A stretch of DNA of 64,000 bases from Squalus acanthias (lineage: Eukaryota). Shown piece by piece: positions 59,502 to 64,000 of the stretch (positions within the stretch are counted from its first letter, which is position 1; each line of letters opens with the position of its first letter). Made by a program: the position numbers and the translations under genes. Where the stretch lies: positions 58,034,001 to 58,098,000 of the forward strand of contig CM059438.1 in assembly GCA_030390025.1 (NCBI GenBank), given 5' to 3'. The notes beneath the pieces are model-generated. The model saw nothing but the letters and a program-made list of their open reading frames with translations. It was not told where the DNA came from and searched no databases.

Positions 59502-60197
59502 GCTGCTGGCAGATACCTCCGTTGGGGAAGCGCTCAGTCCAAGCGGGAAGAGGGTCTTCCAAGAAGGTCCCACAGTTGAGAGATAGAAGCTGCAGCACCT
59601 CCGACTTCGATAGGCATGCTAAAAGTGCTGAAAGACCTTTGGAACAAAAATTCTGCCACCTGCAGCTCATCCCTGTTGAAAGCTCCGTTTTAATGGTGGA
59701 GCTGCAGCTGTGAGGAGGCCACCCACTTGTCAACCCGCCAGGTTTAGCTGGCATGGTTTAGGAGGGTCGTGGAACACGCTGAAAATGTGGTAAAATAATG
59801 CGGGCCTGTCAAAATAGGATTATAGAGGCCCTTAACTACTATTTAAGGGTCTTAACTACTTCTCTGGACTGCAGGAGGCGGGTCCGAATCGCACCCATCA
59901 AAACTGCCTCCGGCAAAACTGCGCAGAAGCGGGTTGGAGGCTGGTTCTGAACCCGCACTCAGTTTTTGCCATTTTGCCAACTGTCCCGCCTCCAAACCCG
60001 CCTCCTCGGGGCTGGGAAAATTGCCCCCATAGGTTTTAAGGACCAGCTTAAAGGAGGAGAGAGAAGTAGAGACACGGAGAGGTTTAGCAGGGGAATTCCA
60101 GAGCTTAGGACCAAGGCAGCTGAAAGCACGGCTGCCAATGATGGAGAGTTTTCCCCCTGATTCTCATTGACTTCAATTTTACTAGGGCTCCTTGATG

Positions 60198-60910
60198 CTA
60201 CACTCTGTCAAATGCTGCCTTGATATCAAGGGCAGTCACTCTCACCTCACCTCTGGAATTCAGCTCTTTTGTCCCTGTTTGGACCAAGGCTGTTATGAGG
60301 TCTGAACCCATGTGGTCCTGGTGGAACCCAAACTGAGCATCAGTGAGCAGGTTATTGGTGAGAAAGTGCCGCTTGATAGCACTGTTGATGACACCTTCCA
60401 TCACTTTGCTGCTGATTGAGAGTAAACTGATGGGGCGGTAATTGGCCGGATTGGATTTGTCCTGCTTTTTGTGGACAGGACATACCTGGGCAGTTTCCCA
60501 CATTGTTGGGTAGATGCCAGTGTTGTACTGGAACAGCTTGGCTAGATGCGCGGCTAGTTCTGGAGCACAAGTCTTCAACACAACAGCCGGGATGTCGTCG
60601 GGCCCCATAGCCTTTGCTGTATCCAATGCACTCAGTTGCTTTTTGATATCATGTGGAGTGAAAGTTGCTGTAGGTGTGCTATTCGGGGCCTGAGATCCCT
60701 GGAGGCTCACTCCACTGTTGGACATGTGGTAGGGCAGGACTTCCAGCTGCCAATCTGCCCTGCCATTGGCCCAACCCAAAATACCAGGGGCAAGGTCATT
60801 TGCTTAAGGAGTTGGGCACCTGTACCATCTACAGTGCTCCCATAGTATAGCTTCAGGTTAAAAGTAAGTTGATTCTCTGTACAAGACAGAGGACGAAGAT
60901 TGTGTGTCAC
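60198..60910 (-). repeat. Inverted copy of 51048-51765 (non-LINE leader + LINE RT fragment)
   Basis: Reverse complement of 60660-60910 matches 51048-51297 and continues into the same LINE junction. Confidence 0.88.
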
Positions 60911-61054
60911 GACCTAGGAAAGTGTATAGACATACTCAGCATGTGGTTTCCCAAGGCCAATCAAGGTTGGCTGTTCCTATGGTGTGCATAGGTTTAAGAC
61001 TCTAGGAGGTAGGTAATCTAACTTTTATTGGTGAAAGTATTTGTTTTGTAACAG

Positions 61055-61167
61055 AATTGGCTTAGTACTAATGTCTCTGGAGTTTATTGGACTGGACTCA
61101 ATGATCGGGCAAATGAATCTGATTTCCAGTGGACAACAAATGATCCTTTGAGTGCTGCCCTAATGCC
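61055..61167 (+). CDS. Exon 3 of the C-type lectin gene: NWLSTNVSGVYWTGLNDRANESDFQWTTNDPLSAALM(P)
   Basis: Acceptor TTTGTTTTGTAACAG, donor CC|GTGAGT. 113 nt, phase 0 to 2. WTGLND (WIGL-type) and FQW motifs, in frame with exon 2. Not in the ORF track. Confidence 0.88.
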
Positions 61168-61289
61168 GTGAGTTTATTCCATTAATTTATTTTACTAACT
61201 ACTTTTTCAGTTTATTTTTATTTCTACATTTGAACATGGGTAGAACCAAAGAACTGTGCAGCGTAGAATGAGGCAATTCAGCCCATCGC

Positions 61290-61600
61290 ATCTGCTCTCC
61301 TGGCCAGCCTCCTACCTTGCACCCTCCGTAAACTTGAGCTCATCCAAAACTCTGCTGGCTGTGTATCCTAACTCGCACCAAGTCCCGTTCACCCATCACC
61401 CCTGTGCTCACTGACCAAAATTGGATCCCGGTCTGGCATTGCCTCGATTTTAAAATTCTCATCCTTGTTTTTAAATCCCTCCGTGGACTCGCCCCTCCCT
61501 ATCTCTGTAACCTCCTCCAGCCCTACAACCCACTGAGATCTCTGCATTCCTCCAATTCTTGCCTCTTGCGCAACCCTGATTTTCTTCAGTCCACCAGCGC
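61290..61600 (+). mobile_element. L2 3' fragment
   Basis: LDFKILILVFKSL.GLAPPYL, matching 53330-53620. Confidence 0.85.
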
Positions 61601-61602
61601 TT

Positions 61603-62862
61603 TCATAGAATCATAGAAATTTACGGCACAGAAGGAGGCCATTCGGCCTATCGTGTGTGTGCTGGCTGAAAAGAGCTATCCAACCTAATCCCACTTTCCA
61701 GCTCTTGGTCCGTAGTCTTGTAAGTTACGACACTTCAAGTGCCTTTCTAAGTACTTTATAAATGTGATGAGGGTTTCTGCCTCTACTACTCTTTCAGGCA
61801 GTGAGTTCCAGACCCCCACCACCCTCTGGGTGAAAAAAATTCTCCTCAACTCCCTCTAATCCTTCTGCCAATTACTTTAAATCTATGACCCTGGTTATTG
61901 ACCTCTCTGCTAAGGGAAATAGGTCCTTCCTATCTAGGCCCCTCATAATTTTATACACCTCAATTAAGTCTCCCCTTCAACCTCCTCTGTTCCAAAGAAA
62001 ACAACCCCAGGCTATCCAATCTTTCCTCATAACTAAAATTCGCCAATCCTGGCAGCATCCTCGTAAATCGCCTCTGTACCCTCTCTAGTGCAATCACATC
62101 TTTCCTTTAATATGGTGACCATAACTGTACGCAGTACTTTAACTAGTGTTTTATACAGTTCAAGCATAACCTCCCTGCTCTTCTATTCTATACCTCGGCT
62201 AATAAAGGAAAGTATCCCGTATGCCTTCTTAACTACCTTATCTACCTGTCCTGCTACCTTCAGGGATCTGTGGACATGCACTCCAAGGTCTCTCTGTTCC
62301 TCTACGCTTCTCAGTGTCCTACCATTTATTGTGTATTCCCTTGCCTTGTTAGCCCTCCCCAAATGCATTACACCACACTTCTCCGGATTGAATTCCATTT
62401 GCCACTTTTCTGCCCACCTGACCAGTCCATTGATATCTTCCTACAGTCTACAACTTCCTTCCCCACTATCAACCACACGGCCAATTTTTGTATCATCTGC
62501 AAACTTCTTAATCATGTCCCCTACATTGCAGTCTAAATCATTGATATATACCACAAAAAGCAAGGGACTGAGCCCTGCGGAACCCCACTGGAAACAGCCT
62601 TCCAGTCACAAAAATACCCATCGACCATTACTCTTTGCTTCCTGCCACTGAGTCAATTTTTGATCCAACTTGCCACTTTCCCTTGGATCCCATAGGCTTT
62701 TACTTTTCTTACCAGTCTGCCATGTGGAACCTTGTCAAAAGCCGTGCTAAAATCTATGTAGACTACATCAAACACGCTACCCTCATCAACCCTCCTTGTT
62801 ACCTCCTCAAAAAATGCAATCAAATTAGTCAGACACGACCTTCCCTTAACAAATTCATGCTG
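61603..62862 (-). mobile_element. CR1 3' part, subfamily of 4941-7427
   Basis: KGRSCLTNLI, AFDKVPH, MEFNPEKC and a CATAGAA tail. Confidence 0.92.
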
Positions 62863-64000
62863 ACATAGAAACATAGAAACACAGAAGATAGGAGCAGGAG
62901 TAGGCCATTCGGCCCATCGAGCCTGTTCCACCATTTAATGAGATCATGGCTGATCATCCAAATTCAGTACCCTGTCCCTGCTTTCTCCCCATATCCCTTG
63001 ATCCCTTTAGCCTTAAGAAATATATCTAACTCCTTCTTGAATATATTTAATGAATTGGCCTCAACTGCCTTCTGTGGTAGAGAATTCCACAGGTTCACCA
63101 CTCTCTGGGTAAAGAAATTCCTCCTCATCTCAGTCCTAAATGGCTTACCCCTTATCCTTAGGCTGTGACCCCTGGTTCTGCACTCCCCCACCATCGGGAA
63201 CATCCTTCCTGCATCTAGTCTGTCGAGTCCTGTTAGAATTTTATAAGTTTCAATGAGATCCCCTCTCATTCTTCTAAACTCGAGCGAATATAAGCCTAAT
63301 CGACCAAATCTCTCTTCATACGTCATTCCTGCCATCCCAGGTATCAGTCTGGTGAATCTTCGCTGCACTCCCTCCATGGCAAGAACATCCTTCCTCAGAT
63401 AAGGCAACCAAAACTGCACACAATACTCAAGGTGTGGTCTCACCAAGGGCCTGTACAACTGCAGCAAGACATCCTTGCTCCTGTACTCGAATCCTCTCGC
63501 TATGAAGGCCAACATACCATTTGCCTTCTTAACCGCCTGCTGCACCTGCATGCTTACCTTCAGCGACTGGTGCACAAGGACACCAAGGTCTCGTTACACT
63601 TCCCCTTTCCCCAATCTATTGCCGTTCAGATAATAATCTGTCTTCCTGTTTTTGCCACCAAAGTGGATAACCTCACATTTATCCACATTATACTGCATCT
63701 GCCATGCATCTGCCCAATCACCCAACCTGTCCAAATCATACTGGAGTTTCTCTGCATCCTCCTCACAGCACACACACCCACCCAGCTTTGTGTCATCTGC
63801 AAACTTGGAGATATTACATCTAGTTCTCTCGTCTAGATCATGAATATATATTGTGAATAGCTGGGGTCCTAGCACTGATCCCTGCGGTACCCCACTAGTC
63901 ACTGCCTGCCACTCAGAAAAAGACCCATTTATTCCAACTCCTTGCTTCCTGTCTGCCAACCAGTTCTCTATCCGAGTCAGTACCTTACCCCCAATCCCAT
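62863..64000 (-). mobile_element. Young CR1 3' part, closely similar to 39939-41050, running off the window
   Basis: ORFs 63594-63959 and 62964-63575 nearly match 40032-41050. Confidence 0.95.

Larger units (their letters stand above)
55760..60028. mobile_element. Full-length PIF/Harbinger DNA transposon (4269 bp) with convergent Myb and DDE genes
   Basis: TIR GGGGGCGATTTTCCCA / TGGGAAAATTGCCCCC (15/16) and TSD ATA/ATA. Confidence 0.95.
55605..60145 (-). mobile_element. L2-type 3' tail split by the Harbinger (55605-55759 and 60029-60145)
   Basis: Joining the halves gives AAGCTTGGTCAAAGAC-ATA-GGTTTTAAGGA, antisense to the tail at 53700-53760. Confidence 0.85.

Overview
Vertebrate genomic DNA. 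The repeat set (CR1, L2, RTE, Penelope, Harbinger, tRNA-derived SINE) suggests a cartilaginous fish, which is an inference. Most of the window is nested transposable elements, and nearly all ORF-track entries are TE fragments or their antisense frames. Manual reading finds two probable host genes that the ORF track fragments or misses. (1) A + strand gene for a secreted or membrane C-type lectin-domain protein. It has a CpG-island/CCAAT tandem-repeat promoter at about 21.1-21.5 kb and three phase-compatible exons (21493-21553, 33713-33867, 61055-61167), and continues beyond the window. (2) A candidate - strand signal-peptide gene with a TATA box and exons at 2286-2229 and 1843-1771. The window also holds a whole PIF/Harbinger family: a full-length two-gene element (55760-60028), copies that lost the DDE core, and several MITEs with TIRs and 3-bp TSDs. 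Other notable items are a Penelope element with hammerhead-ribozyme motifs, a LINE with a SINE-like leader and no visible ORF1, and an inverted duplication inside intron 2. Boundaries of degraded repeats are approximate, and all alignments were done by eye.
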